Source of the DNA: an uncultured Acidobacteriaceae bacterium | GTDB lineage: Bacteria > Acidobacteriota > Terriglobia > Terriglobales > Acidobacteriaceae | Assembly (NCBI GenBank): GCA_963725995.1 | Contig: CAVSAX010000012.1 | Span: 3,329-67,328, forward strand | Length of the DNA: 64,000 nt | Reading direction: 5' to 3' | The notes under the pieces: generated by a model | Databases searched by the model: none | What the model saw: only the letters and a program-made list of their open reading frames with translations | What the model was told of the DNA's origin: nothing | Made by a program: the position numbers and the translations under genes | Shown here: piece by piece, positions 47,574-58,660 of the stretch | Layout: each line of letters starts with the position of its first letter | Numbering within the stretch: the first letter of the stretch is position 1

Positions 47574-48761
47574 CTAAGCCAGCACGCGGATCAGCAGTAA
47601 AGTCTGGTCATCCAGCTGCCGATACTTCGCGCGCACAGCCGCGTGTATCCTCGCCGCCAGCGCCGGTAGCGGCTCGCTCTTGTTCGCCGCCAGCAGCGCT
47701 TCCATCCGCTCCAGCCCAAACTCCTCGCCGCCCTTGTCCTCTGCCTCCAGAATCCCGTCGGTAGCCACGAGCAGCACGTCGCCCGCTCCCACGTCGATCC
47801 GATGGCCGCGATACGCTGGCCCGACCACCAGCCCCAGCGGCAGCTGCTGATCCTCGAGCTTAGCGATCGTGCCGTCCACCGCGCGGTAGTGCAGCATCGC
47901 CGGCTGCCCCGCGATGGCATATTCCACATACGGCCCGCCCGCTTCACTGCGGCCAAAAATTCGCAGCGCCGTGCAAGTCGCGTACATGTGCGGCTCCTTC
48001 ACCGCTGGCAACACCGCCGCCAGCCGCTCAAACACCGCCTCAGGGCTAGGCAGATCAAAAAGCTGCGTGCGCACCGCCGTCTTCACCATCCCCATCAGGA
48101 TCCCTGCGGGAAGCCCGTGCCCCGCGATATCAGACACATAGGCGAAGAGTGAGCCATCGCTCAGCGTCACTACATCCACGATGTCGCCGCCCACCTTGTC
48201 GCTCGGCGTGGAGATGCCATAGACCTCCACCCATGCCGACGTCACATCGACCACCGGCACCAGCGTCTGCTGAATGCCGTGCGCCACCGCCAGCTCCGTC
48301 TGTGCGCGCAGCGCCTGCCTGCCCTCGCCCTGAATGAACAGTAGAAAAAACAGGCACGCCAGCATGCTCAGATCCAGTGTGGCGATCGCGGCAATCCGCA
48401 CGCCATGCTCAATCGAAGGATGCGCCATCGGCACCCCCATCACATGGATCGCCCAACTCACCAGCCGCGATCCCACAAGCCACAGCGCCAGCGGAACCAG
48501 CACGTATCGCGGTCGGCGGATGGTCACGAGAAAAACGAAAACCGCCATCATCCCCGTGAAGGTAGTCCAGACCATCACCGTGATCAGCGGCTTCTGCCCC
48601 AGCGACAGCAGGTCCACGATGCAGCCCACAATGCCGAATACGCAGAACACCGCCAGCAGCAAATACGAAAGCCTGCGCAATGGCACCGTTCGCAGGTAGG
48701 CAAATCCCTGCCTCTGCGCCTGCGTTCCAAATTGGAAGTTGAAAGGGGTTCTAGGGGCCAT
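47574..48761 (-). CDS. Membrane-bound PP2C/SpoIIE-family serine phosphatase (RsbU-like)
   Basis: It has about five N-terminal TM segments. The PP2C motifs are GGDIVDV, VSDIAGHGLPAGILMG and LLVATDGILEAED. Confidence 0.75.
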   Translation of the reverse strand: MAPRTPFNFQFGTQAQRQGFAYLRTVPLRRLSYLLLAVFCVFGIVGCIVDLLSLGQKPLITVMVWTTFTGMMAVFVFLVTIRRPRYVLVPLALWLVGSRLVSWAIHVMGVPMAHPSIEHGVRIAAIATLDLSMLACLFFLLFIQGEGRQALRAQTELAVAHGIQQTLVPVVDVTSAWVEVYGISTPSDKVGGDIVDVVTLSDGSLFAYVSDIAGHGLPAGILMGMVKTAVRTQLFDLPSPEAVFERLAAVLPAVKEPHMYATCTALRIFGRSEAGGPYVEYAIAGQPAMLHYRAVDGTIAKLEDQQLPLGLVVGPAYRGHRIDVGAGDVLLVATDGILEAEDKGGEEFGLERMEALLAANKSEPLPALAARIHAAVRAKYRQLDDQTLLLIRVLA

Positions 48762-48816
48762 GGTTTCTCGCGGCGCAGCACTTTAAAAGGCTTCTTCCCA
48801 TATTCAAATCAACATG

Positions 48817-49614
48817 CTACTCGCCGCGGCCTGGCCATACCGGCGTGCGCTTCTCCAGAAATGCGCGCACCCCCTCGCGAAAATCCTCCGTAGAACGCTG
48901 CCTTGCGTTCCACTCGATCGCCTCTTCAATCTCCCTGTCCAGGCGCTCCTTCGCGTGCCCGCTCAACATCTGCTTGATGGCCTTCATTGACTCAGGACTA
49001 TTTCGTAACAGTACCTGCGCTAAAGCATCCGCCTCGCGCATCAGGTCTTGATCCGCCACGATGCGCGTCACCAGCCCCATCTCCATCGCCTCGGGAGCCT
49101 TGATGATCCGCCCGCTCAGAAGCAGTTCGCGCGTGCGCTTCTCGCCCACCTGCCGCAGCAGGAACGACGCCACTACCGCAGGAATAAATCCGATGCGCAC
49201 CTCGGTATAGCCAAACTTTGCCTCGGGCACCGCCAGCGTAAAATCGCACACCGTCGCCAGCCCCATGCCGCCCGCAATTGCCGGACCATTCACCGCCGCA
49301 ATTGTCGGCTTGGGAAGATCGTAGAGCGTCCGCATCAGCCTCGCGATGCTCTCTGAATCGGCGCGGTGCTCCTCCGCCGTCTTCGCAGACATACTCTGCA
49401 AATGTTCCAGGTCCAGCCCCGCGCAAAACGCCGATCCCGCTCCCGTTAGTATCACCACGCCACACGGACCCGCCGCAGCCTCATGCAACGCTTCCGTCAG
49501 TTCGCGGATCAACTCCGTATTCAGCGCGTTCCGCTTCTCCGGACGGTTCAGCGTAATCGTCAGGATCCCGTGCGACTCTCGCGTGTGGATGGTGTCATAT
49601 CGAGCCATGCGCAT
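48817..49614 (-). CDS. Enoyl-CoA hydratase/isomerase family protein (methylglutaconyl-CoA hydratase candidate)
   Basis: The crotonase motifs are LTGAGSAFCAGLDL and VNGPAIAGGMGLA. It sits next to the HMG-CoA lyase gene. Confidence 0.8.
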   Translation of the reverse strand: MRMARYDTIHTRESHGILTITLNRPEKRNALNTELIRELTEALHEAAAGPCGVVILTGAGSAFCAGLDLEHLQSMSAKTAEEHRADSESIARLMRTLYDLPKPTIAAVNGPAIAGGMGLATVCDFTLAVPEAKFGYTEVRIGFIPAVVASFLLRQVGEKRTRELLLSGRIIKAPEAMEMGLVTRIVADQDLMREADALAQVLLRNSPESMKAIKQMLSGHAKERLDREIEEAIEWNARQRSTEDFREGVRAFLEKRTPVWPGRGE

Positions 49615-49685
49615 CCCTCTGTTCCGTTCTCAATAGAGAATACGCACGCGCCGCCTGCCGCGAAAGTATTTGAGAACAAGCGCGC

Positions 49686-50558
49686 TTACTGGGTAGGCAA
49701 TCCAAACTTCTTTTCGATGCCATGTGTGGCCTGCGTCAATCCCGCCAGTGGCTGAAGCTCCGGCAGCGCCGCACCCAGTCGCCTCAGCTCGGCGATGGCC
49801 GTCTCCGTGGCCAGGTTGCCCACCAGCGTATCCAGCGCGAAAGGACAGCCGCCCAGGCCGCCCATCGCCATATCCATGCGCCTGCAGCCAGCCTTGTATG
49901 CCGCCGCAACCTTGGCCGCCGCATCCTTGGGACGCGCATGCAGATGCACTCCGATCTCCAGCTCGTGGAACTCCTCCAGCACCGCCTCCAGTAATTCGGA
50001 AATCTCTCCCGGCGTGGCCAGCCCTACCGTATCCGCCAGCGAGATCTGGTGGATGCCCATGTCCGCCAGCAGGTCGCATGCCGCAATCACTTCCTCCACG
50101 TCCCACGGGTCTTCATAAGGATTGCCGAAGGCCATCGACACATACGCCACCACGTCCAGCCCTGCCTTGTACGCGGCCTGCCCAATCGCTTCCAGCTTGT
50201 CGAGTGCCTCTTCCATCGTCTGCTTCTGGTTCCGCCGCAGAAACTCCGGCGAAATCGAGTAGGGGAATCCCAACGTATGCACGCGCTCCGTCGCAATCGC
50301 CCGCTCCGCACCCTTCTCGTTCACCACGATGCCGATTATCTCCACGTCCTCAGGCGCATCCAGAAACTCCAGCACCTGCTCCGAGTCCGCCATCTGCGGC
50401 ACCGCCGCAGGAGACACAAACGACACCGCATCGATGTGCCTGAAACCCGCATCCACCAGCAACCGCAGGTACGCAGCCTTCTCCGTCGCCGGCATCAGCT
50501 TCGGCAATCCCTGCCACGCATCCCGCGGACACTCGATGATCTTCACATCCTTCTTCAT
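49686..50558 (-). CDS. Hydroxymethylglutaryl-CoA lyase-like protein
   Basis: The HMGL-like TIM-barrel N-terminus is KIIECPRDAWQG. HLHARP and the C-terminal GLGGCPFA motifs are present. The start is taken at the internal ATG (MKKDV), which overlaps the upstream stop (ATGA). Confidence 0.75.
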   Translation of the reverse strand: MKKDVKIIECPRDAWQGLPKLMPATEKAAYLRLLVDAGFRHIDAVSFVSPAAVPQMADSEQVLEFLDAPEDVEIIGIVVNEKGAERAIATERVHTLGFPYSISPEFLRRNQKQTMEEALDKLEAIGQAAYKAGLDVVAYVSMAFGNPYEDPWDVEEVIAACDLLADMGIHQISLADTVGLATPGEISELLEAVLEEFHELEIGVHLHARPKDAAAKVAAAYKAGCRRMDMAMGGLGGCPFALDTLVGNLATETAIAELRRLGAALPELQPLAGLTQATHGIEKKFGLPTQ

Positions 50559-51358
50559 CGCACCCGCTCCATTCGCTCCACTGTCACTTCGCGGTTCTCC
50601 TCTGAGGCAACCATCATGTAAAACTCGTCGTGGCTGGAGTGATCGTCTCCGCGCCAGTCGGAATACATCAGCCGCAATCCCACCACCGTCTCCTCGCACG
50701 GCATGCGCTCATAGCGCTCCATGAAGAGGCGGCCGCGAAACGCCAGCGCAATCAGCTCCTCGGTTATTGGAAAGGAGCGCAGCTCATTCGGCGGCACCAC
50801 GAAGCCAACCACCGGCCGCGAGATCATAATGCTCTCCTCCTCGCGCACCCACACCATGTAGCTCGACAGCCGCATCGAACGCTCGCCGTCGTTCCACACA
50901 TCCACCGCATACAGCGGCCAGTTCATCGTGTCGTAGTAAAAGCTGCTCTGCGACGATTCCTTCTTGTAGCGCGATGCCATGTCCTTGCGATAGGTCACCG
51001 CCTTGTCGCGCACCTTCACCGCCGGATCAAGCGCTTGCTTCACCAGCCAGAAGCGCGGCTTCACCGTCATGCGCATCTGCCACTGCTCGCGCTGCAACTG
51101 TATCGCAGCCTCTGCCGCCGCCAGCGACTGCCGCGTGAAATGTACGTAAAACAGCGTCACCACCGCCGTCGTAATCGCCGCAAAAAAGCTCAGCAGGCTG
51201 CCAAACGCCTCGGCGTGAACATCCCCATGCTGTCGCCACTCAAATAGAAAACTCGCCGTCAGCAGCGCCACCGCCAGGATCAGCGCGGCCACCAGAAAGC
51301 GTATCCGGATCCGCGTTATTCCTGAGCCCCCTGGATTGCTCTCCCCGGCCATCGCCAT
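50555..51358 (-). CDS. Hypothetical two-TM protein, start/stop-overlapped with HMG-CoA lyase
   Basis: The two TM segments are FLVAALILAVALLTASFLF and LLSFFAAITTAVVTLFYV. I recognised no motif in the ~170-aa soluble part. Confidence 0.45.
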   Translation of the reverse strand: MAMAGESNPGGSGITRIRIRFLVAALILAVALLTASFLFEWRQHGDVHAEAFGSLLSFFAAITTAVVTLFYVHFTRQSLAAAEAAIQLQREQWQMRMTVKPRFWLVKQALDPAVKVRDKAVTYRKDMASRYKKESSQSSFYYDTMNWPLYAVDVWNDGERSMRLSSYMVWVREEESIMISRPVVGFVVPPNELRSFPITEELIALAFRGRLFMERYERMPCEETVVGLRLMYSDWRGDDHSSHDEFYMMVASEENREVTVERMERVR

Positions 51359-51501
51359 ACCCTTCCTGCCCACGCTTCTCCAGGGAACGCCCCGGCTCAC
51401 AGGCCGCCTTCCGGCCCCCGCGAAAGCGCAACCGAACACGATACACCGCCCGCACCGGCATTGCCGATGCACTTTCGATGTGGGTTTTCTTGGATGTGGA
51501 T

Positions 51502-51879
51502 TTATCGGGCCAGGCTATCCAGCGCCCACAGCAGGCCAACCCCGCCAAGATGCAGCCCCAGCACCACCAGCAGCGCCACCCACCACACCTTCCAGCGCAT
51601 CAGCAGCATCATCACCAGGCCATAAAGAGGGAACTGCAGGTACATCATCGCCTGCGCCACCACGTCCGTCAGCGACTCACGCAGCCCGAAGACGTGCTCC
51701 GCAGGAAGCAGCGCAAAGGGGTAGAGCATACGCAGCGCCGCCGGTCCCGTCAGCGCGAGGATCCCAGCCGCCCGCACCGTAAACGGCGTAACCACAATGC
51801 CCAGCAACACCGGCGACCAGGCCAGCCAGTTCACTTGTTTCTTCTTCTTGCGCGATCTCTTCTTAGCAGCCGGACTCAT
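51502..51879 (-). CDS. Hypothetical small membrane protein
   Basis: The ~125-aa protein has a Lys-rich N-terminus (MSPAAKKRSRKKKKQ) followed by three or four hydrophobic segments. Confidence 0.4.
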   Translation of the reverse strand: MSPAAKKRSRKKKKQVNWLAWSPVLLGIVVTPFTVRAAGILALTGPAALRMLYPFALLPAEHVFGLRESLTDVVAQAMMYLQFPLYGLVMMLLMRWKVWWVALLVVLGLHLGGVGLLWALDSLAR

Positions 51880-51935
51880 GCCTCCAGAATATCCGCCGCC
51901 CGCTTCCCGGAAGATAGCAAAGCAGTGTCCTGTCC

Positions 51936-52898
51936 TCAATCGCCAGTAATGAACTCTTCCATATCGGGAGCAGACGCAGCTCCGCCGGGAAACGTGGTTA
52001 GCCCAACCGCCTCCGACGTGAATCTCAGGGTCCTCGCGTGCTGATACAGAACGGATGAGACGTAACCCTTCTTGACCTCCGGACCAGCCACCACCCACGC
52101 CACATGCCCGCCACCGTGGGCCGTGTCGCTTGTGCTCGACTCGTCAACCACAACGATCAGTAGACCGCCGCGAAACGCGTTAAAGTCCGAACTCAGAACC
52201 AGTGGCTCAATATGCGCCTGCAACCAGCCATCCACGGCGGCGAGCCTCTCACTGTCGCTGCATGAGGGAATCGTGTCCGGGCAATCGTGCCCATTGTGGT
52301 CATCGTCCGGAACGATGAACGAGTATCGCGGTAGCGCGTGGTTGGCCAGATCGGCAGGGAACTTCGTAAAAGGAACCAGATTCTGCCGCTGAGTCGTGCT
52401 GTTGCGTACATCGGAAAAATACGAGAGGGGATTGTGATGCTGCGTATACTCGCCGTTATTGCCGCCGACGTAGCCAACAGAGGGCAAACCTTCTGAGTAC
52501 TCCTTCCACGTTTTCTTCGCGGACACAAGATGTCGAACAATATTGTCAGCCGTCACCGTCTGCGTATAGCTGTCATTGTTCGTGAGGATCTGCCCGGTGG
52601 TTATTTCGAAGTAGTTGCCGATGGAAGGGTGGGTATCGGCATAGTAGGACTTTGCGTAGGCGTAATGTTTTGCCAACCCATTCAGATACGGCATGCTTGA
52701 ATTGCCAATCATGCTTGAATAAGAATGGTTTTCCAGCATGACGATGAAGACATGTTGCACTTGAACGTCCGTTGTAGTTGTCGCGCTTTCACTCGACTCA
52801 GAAGCTGCGGTTGGCCTTGTACGGGGCTGACTGGCTATCAATCCCAGCAGCAAGGCAGTCAGTGTTACGTGACGCACTGCTAACATTTTCCGGGACAT
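51936..52898 (-). CDS. Phosphoesterase-family protein (AcpA / phospholipase C-like), secreted; start uncertain
   Basis: Signal-like LTALLLGLIASQP is followed by HVFIVMLENHSYSSMIG, typical of the phosphoesterase (PLC/AcpA) family. PDDDHNGHD lies further downstream. Confidence 0.65.
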   Translation of the reverse strand: MSRKMLAVRHVTLTALLLGLIASQPRTRPTAASESSESATTTTDVQVQHVFIVMLENHSYSSMIGNSSMPYLNGLAKHYAYAKSYYADTHPSIGNYFEITTGQILTNNDSYTQTVTADNIVRHLVSAKKTWKEYSEGLPSVGYVGGNNGEYTQHHNPLSYFSDVRNSTTQRQNLVPFTKFPADLANHALPRYSFIVPDDDHNGHDCPDTIPSCSDSERLAAVDGWLQAHIEPLVLSSDFNAFRGGLLIVVVDESSTSDTAHGGGHVAWVVAGPEVKKGYVSSVLYQHARTLRFTSEAVGLTTFPGGAASAPDMEEFITGD

Positions 52899-53187
52899 TC
52901 CACGCCTCCCAGCTAACAGACGCCCCTTCATTTTAAAGTCGCTCGAATTCGTTTCAACCCTTGGGAATATTCCGAGTTTCGCACCGTCAATACCCCTCTG
53001 ACATCCCTTGCAAATCGTGATGGACATCCGATCAACGGCGCTTTGTAGCCGACTGAATTGCAGATGATTCAGGGCCATGATAACGTCACCCCACCTCCGG
53101 CGGAGCAATCGGAGGCCTTTGGCAAAAGCTATCAGAAGCCGCCCTTCAGGACATGAAACCGGAATTGATTTCGACGGAGAGAGTTAG

Positions 53188-53724
53188 ATGAGCGAAGAAC
53201 CTAAATCCAAATCAACGATGAAACAGAAGGCCGCACGCGAAGGCAAGGAACTGCTCATCCTCTTCGTCTACCTAGGCTTCTTTTTCTGCGCGCTCGTTAC
53301 ATACAAAACGCTGTTGCTCAAGGGATATGAGAAGGTCTCGCTCGACTACGGCTTTGCCCTCATCAACGCCCTCGTGATCGCAAAGGTCATTCTCCTGGGA
53401 GACTTCGTCAAGGCTGTCCACAAGTATGAAAGCCGACCGCTCATCGTCTCGGTCCTTTACAAAGCCTTTCTGTATGGCTTGCTCGTCTTCGCCTTTCACC
53501 TCGTCGAGGAAGTCGTCAAAGAACTCATCCACCACGGCGACATCGGCAAAGCCTTCCACGAAGTGCAGATCGATCAACTGGCAATCCGCTGCCTCATCAT
53601 CTTCTGCACCTTCCTCTCCCTCTTCGGCTTCAGAGAACTCCGCCGCGCCATCGGCGAAGAAGAATTCAGCAACATGGTCCTACGCACCAGCGGAACGGCG
53701 AAGGCTGCTAAGGTCGACCTCTAG
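53188..53724 (+). CDS. Hypothetical membrane protein
   Basis: The protein is 178 aa with four hydrophobic segments and no motif I recognise. Confidence 0.45.
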   Translation: MSEEPKSKSTMKQKAAREGKELLILFVYLGFFFCALVTYKTLLLKGYEKVSLDYGFALINALVIAKVILLGDFVKAVHKYESRPLIVSVLYKAFLYGLLVFAFHLVEEVVKELIHHGDIGKAFHEVQIDQLAIRCLIIFCTFLSLFGFRELRRAIGEEEFSNMVLRTSGTAKAAKVDL

Positions 53725-54127
53725 GCTCAGCGAGAAGTGGTCCTCGGCCTTCCATGAATTTCCCGACAACCGAAATAACCCAGAGCATCGCGTACAGGTC
53801 CGCGATGCCGACGGGGATAACAACGATTACCGGAATCCACTTGGTGGTCCAGGGAAACAGCAGAATTAGCAAGACATGAAGTGCGGTAAGGATGGTCATC
53901 GTTCCCCAGAACCACACATGCCGCCTGAACTTCCACTTGATGGCGGTAGCAATCCCAATCACCCCGATGCTGTACAGAACTGGTCGCCCAAGATCAAGTC
54001 TGCCCGCATGATAAAACGGCCATTCAACAAGCGCACACGCGGCCATCCAAGACAGGACGCCCCACCAAGGCAAGCGCATTTGCTGAACCGCTTTAATGTC
54101 GTCCTTCATGCCTCTTGTTAGTTGCAT
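53708..54127 (-). CDS. Hypothetical membrane protein
   Basis: The protein is 139 aa with four hydrophobic segments. Its 3' end overlaps the convergent gene by 17 nt. Confidence 0.4.
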   Translation of the reverse strand: MQLTRGMKDDIKAVQQMRLPWWGVLSWMAACALVEWPFYHAGRLDLGRPVLYSIGVIGIATAIKWKFRRHVWFWGTMTILTALHVLLILLFPWTTKWIPVIVVIPVGIADLYAMLWVISVVGKFMEGRGPLLAEPRGRP

Positions 54128-54135
54128 TCAGCCCC

Positions 54136-55899
54136 TCAAGTCTGCATCACCCCGACATTAAACTTCGCCACCTCGGGATTCAGCGCCACCGCCTCCAGAG
54201 CCACCATCAGCGCCTCTCTCGTCTTCGCCGGATCAAGAATCGCGTCAACCCACAAGCGCGCCGCTGCGTACCGGCAATCCGTCTGCTCTTCATACGCAGC
54301 CTTGATCGACTCCACCACCTGCTGCTTCTCCTCGTCGCTCAGGTGCTTGCCGCCGCGCTCCATCTGCCGGATGCGGATCTCCACCAGCGTCGAAGCCGCC
54401 GAAGCCCCGCTCATCACCGCGTAGCGCGCCGTTGGCCACGCAAACACAAATCGCGGATCGTAAGCCTTCCCGCACATAGCGTAGTTTCCCGCCCCAAACG
54501 ATCCGCCCACAATCAGCGTGATCTTCGGCACCGTGGAGTTCGCCACCGCGCTCACCATCTTCGCCCCAGCGCGGATTATCCCGCTCCACTCCGCATCGCG
54601 CCCCACCATGAAGCCGTTCACGTCGTGGATAAAAATCAGCGGCACCAGGTTCTGGTTGCAGTCCATGATGAAGCGCGCCGCCTTCTCCGCGCTCTCCGCG
54701 TAAATCACCCCGCCAAACTCCGTCCGTTTCTCCCCCGTATGCGAAATCTGCGGCTGGTGCTGCTTCTGGTTCGCCACAATGCCCACGGCATAGCCGCCAA
54801 TCCGCGCATACCCGCACAGCACCGTCCGACCGTACTCCGGCTTGTATTCGTCAAACTCCGAACGATCCACCACCCGGGCAATCAGCTCCTTCATGTCGTA
54901 GGCGCTCTGCTTCGCCGGATCGGGATCCAGCAGCGCATACAGCCCCTCCGCCGAATACTTGGGCTTATCCCGCTCCGCCTCATACTCCGCCCGGTCAAAG
55001 GGGGCCCGCTGCCTCTGCCCCAGCTTGCCCACCAGCGACCGCAGCCGCGCGAGGCACAAGTGATCGTTCGGCTCCTTGAAGTCCACGGTCCCAGAAATCT
55101 CCGCGTGCATCGCCGCGCCGCCCAGCTCCTCGGCGCTGTACTTCTGCCCAATCGCCGCCTGAACCAGCGCCGGACCAGCCAGAAACAGCCCACTCCCCTC
55201 CGTCATCAGCACGTGGTCGGTCATCACCGGCAAATATGCCCCGCCCGCCACGCACATCCCCATAATCGCCGTCATTTGGGGAATCCCCATCGCCGACATC
55301 ACCGCGTTATTCCGGAAGATCCGCCCGAAATCGTCCTGGTCGGGAAAGACATCCTCCTGCAATGGCAGGAATATTCCTGAAGAATCAACTAGATACAGCG
55401 TAGGAATTCGGTTCTCCATGGCGATCGTCTGTGCCCTGATCACCTTTTTCGCCGTCATCGGGAAGAAGGCTCCCGCCTTCACCGTGGCATCGTTGGCAAT
55501 AATCATCACCAGGCGCCCCGCAACGCGTCCCAGGCCCGCTACAACCCCGGCACAGGGCGCTCCACCCCACTCCTCGTACATGCCAAACGCCGCGAATACC
55601 GCCAGCTCCAGCAGTTCCGTGGCCGGGTCCAGCAGCAGCCCCAGACGCTCCCGCGCCGTCAGCCGATTTTTGCCGTGCTGGCTGGCGGTAGCTTTCTCGC
55701 CACCTCCTAAAAAAATATCCGCCTGCTGCTGGCCAATTGCTGCCACGAGGTCTAGCATTCCGGAGGCGTTGGAACGTGAGCGCGGGCTGGAAACGTCCAG
55801 CTTCGACTGCAAAACGTTATTGACCCTAACCGGGTCTAAACCAGCAGCACGGGACGAGTTGGCAGGGATCTCTATGGGCTTTCCAGGTTTTTCGGTCAT
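54136..55899 (-). CDS. Acyl-CoA carboxylase carboxyltransferase (beta) subunit, methylcrotonoyl-CoA carboxylase type
   Basis: The carboxyltransferase domain motifs are IANDATVKAGAFFPMTAKK, MGMCVAGGAYLPVMTD and GGSFGAGNYAMCG. Confidence 0.85.
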   Translation of the reverse strand: MTEKPGKPIEIPANSSRAAGLDPVRVNNVLQSKLDVSSPRSRSNASGMLDLVAAIGQQQADIFLGGGEKATASQHGKNRLTARERLGLLLDPATELLELAVFAAFGMYEEWGGAPCAGVVAGLGRVAGRLVMIIANDATVKAGAFFPMTAKKVIRAQTIAMENRIPTLYLVDSSGIFLPLQEDVFPDQDDFGRIFRNNAVMSAMGIPQMTAIMGMCVAGGAYLPVMTDHVLMTEGSGLFLAGPALVQAAIGQKYSAEELGGAAMHAEISGTVDFKEPNDHLCLARLRSLVGKLGQRQRAPFDRAEYEAERDKPKYSAEGLYALLDPDPAKQSAYDMKELIARVVDRSEFDEYKPEYGRTVLCGYARIGGYAVGIVANQKQHQPQISHTGEKRTEFGGVIYAESAEKAARFIMDCNQNLVPLIFIHDVNGFMVGRDAEWSGIIRAGAKMVSAVANSTVPKITLIVGGSFGAGNYAMCGKAYDPRFVFAWPTARYAVMSGASAASTLVEIRIRQMERGGKHLSDEEKQQVVESIKAAYEEQTDCRYAAARLWVDAILDPAKTREALMVALEAVALNPEVAKFNVGVMQT

Positions 55900-56012
55900 G
55901 CAGTCGCGCCTCAAAACCCGTCAGCATAGCACCGATTGGTCATTGCATGCCTTGTTTCCGCGCTCTATTGTCACCCGGCGATACAAATCGCATCGTTGTG
56001 TGGAGGTTGCTC

Positions 56013-56243
56013 TTGCAAATTAGGGAAGTACAGAACTTGCAGAATAAGACGGTTGTGCTGAGGCTGACCGATGGTGAACAGGCTATTGTGAAGGTCAACT
56101 CGGTGGACGTCGAGTACGAGGACATCATGGTGGACGTGCTCGAAACCAACATGCCCGGAGCCTATCCCCAGTTCCGGCCCGATACCAGCTTCATGATCAA
56201 GGCTGCAGACATCATCTCCGCGAGCGAGATCCTGCGAGTCTAA
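56013..56243 (+). CDS. Hypothetical small protein
   Basis: The ~76-aa ORF has a GGAGG 6 nt before an in-frame TTG at 56013. I recognised no motif. Confidence 0.35.
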   Translation: MQIREVQNLQNKTVVLRLTDGEQAIVKVNSVDVEYEDIMVDVLETNMPGAYPQFRPDTSFMIKAADIISASEILRV

Positions 56244-56317
56244 AATCGAAGCCGAATCACAAAACAAAGAGCCGTCGGGTATGCCTCCCGGCGGCCCTTT
56301 TCTTGGCCGCAAGCCGG

Positions 56318-56941
56318 CTAACCCGATGCATCCCGGTTGCCTTCCAGCCCCAGATCCTTCGCGTTTCGCTGCATCGCCGCAATGCAGAACGCGATGTGAG
56401 CGTCCAACTCCACCCCCAGCTCAGCCGCCCCCTTGACCACGTCCTCGCGATTCACCCCGCGCGCGAAAGCCTTGTCCTTCATCTTCTTGCGAACTCCGCT
56501 CACCTCCACGTCGTGAATTGACTTGGTCGGCTTTACCAGGGAACAGGCCGTCAATAGCCCGGCCAGCTCGTCGCAGGCAAACAGCGTCTTCGCCAGGTGA
56601 GTCTCCCGCGGAACCCCGGAATACTCGGCGTGGCCCAAAATCGCGGTCCGAATCTCCTCCGGCCAACCCTGCTCCGTCAGGATGCGGTTGCCGACGAAGG
56701 GATGCTCTTCCATCGAGGGATATTTTTCGTAGTCAAAGTCGTGCAGCAGCGCGGTCATCGAATAAATTTCGATCCGATCCGCCGCCTCTTGCCCCGCCAG
56801 TCCATCGGCGTCCGCCGCCCGCTCGCCGTAGGCGCGCACACAGGCTTCCACCGCCAGCGCGTGCTTCAGCAGGCTCTCTGACTGGGTATATTCCTTCAGC
56901 AATTGCCAGGCTCTCTCGCGTGTATAGCTCTCCGTAACCAT
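56318..56941 (-). CDS. HD-domain hydrolase
   Basis: LKHALAVEACVRAY ... LLHDFDY gives the H...HD...D pattern. Confidence 0.75.
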   Translation of the reverse strand: MVTESYTRERAWQLLKEYTQSESLLKHALAVEACVRAYGERAADADGLAGQEAADRIEIYSMTALLHDFDYEKYPSMEEHPFVGNRILTEQGWPEEIRTAILGHAEYSGVPRETHLAKTLFACDELAGLLTACSLVKPTKSIHDVEVSGVRKKMKDKAFARGVNREDVVKGAAELGVELDAHIAFCIAAMQRNAKDLGLEGNRDASG

Positions 56942-57121
56942 ATCCCTCCGGGTTTTCTTGGGAGTTGTACGGGTCTTTTCGATATTTTCCCCGTCGACTC
57001 ACAGTTTTCACTTGACAACAAAGGTACGGTGCCCTGAAAGTTAACAAGAATTGGTGGTGACTCGGGCTTACAATGCCCTCCATCGCCACGGACCGTCCGC
57101 TCTGGCGCTCCGCTACAACTT

Positions 57122-57661
57122 ATGGCAACTACCTTAGCCCCCATCGAGGCCCGCGAGGTTCTTCGTTGCGATCACTGCAGCCTGGTGCAGTTCAGGACAT
57201 CGAACTCACTCTGCCGCCGGTGCCACAAACCACTTGAGATGGAAGAAGCGCCCGTGAAAGCGCCTCAATTGGTTGTAGCCAGCCACGAGGCCCCAGAAGA
57301 CGACGGAGTGCCACAGGTTGCCCGCGCTGTTCGCGATATTCGCCGCAGCCGCAGCCTGAGCCAACGTCAGCTCGCGGGAAGAATGCAGGTGCCCCGCACC
57401 TACATCTCCAAGATTGAGAATGCCAAGGCTTGCCCCACCCTCTCCTCTCTCCAGAGGCTCGCCGATGCACTCGAAGTCAATATCTGTGACCTGCTGCGCG
57501 ATAGCCGCAGCCGGCGCCAGGAAGAAACCGAGTCCATCTTCGCCGATCCTTTCCTCGCGGAACTGGCCTCCTACGCTTCCCAGCTCGATGCTATGCAGCG
57601 CTCCGTTTTCCTGAACCAGGTGCGCGACATGGCTACCGGCCGGAATCGCCGCCTGGCATAG
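57122..57661 (+). CDS. XRE-family HTH transcriptional regulator with N-terminal zinc-ribbon-like CxxC pairs
   Basis: CDHCSLVQFRTSNSLCRRC is followed by the HTH IRRSRSLSQRQLAGRMQVPRTYISKIENAKACPTLSSLQRLADAL. Confidence 0.7.
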   Translation: MATTLAPIEAREVLRCDHCSLVQFRTSNSLCRRCHKPLEMEEAPVKAPQLVVASHEAPEDDGVPQVARAVRDIRRSRSLSQRQLAGRMQVPRTYISKIENAKACPTLSSLQRLADALEVNICDLLRDSRSRRQEETESIFADPFLAELASYASQLDAMQRSVFLNQVRDMATGRNRRLA

Positions 57662-57796
57662 TTCTGCCGCCTGCTCCATCCTCCGGGGCGGTCCGGGGTG
57701 GAGCGAAAAGGCACCCTCGCGCCATCGAGCCGACCCAGGTTCGATGGCGCAAAGAATTGCGCTGTTTGCTGCATGAAACCGCCTGTGCTACGGTCG

Positions 57797-58645
<849 letters not shown>

Positions 58646-58660
58646 GCCCGGGCTCATCGC

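Noticed and set aside
54115-55380. A 421-aa plus-strand ORF opposite the carboxyltransferase gene
   Set aside because: The translation is extremely Arg/His/Leu/Pro-rich and low in complexity. The opposite strand carries unambiguous carboxyltransferase motifs.
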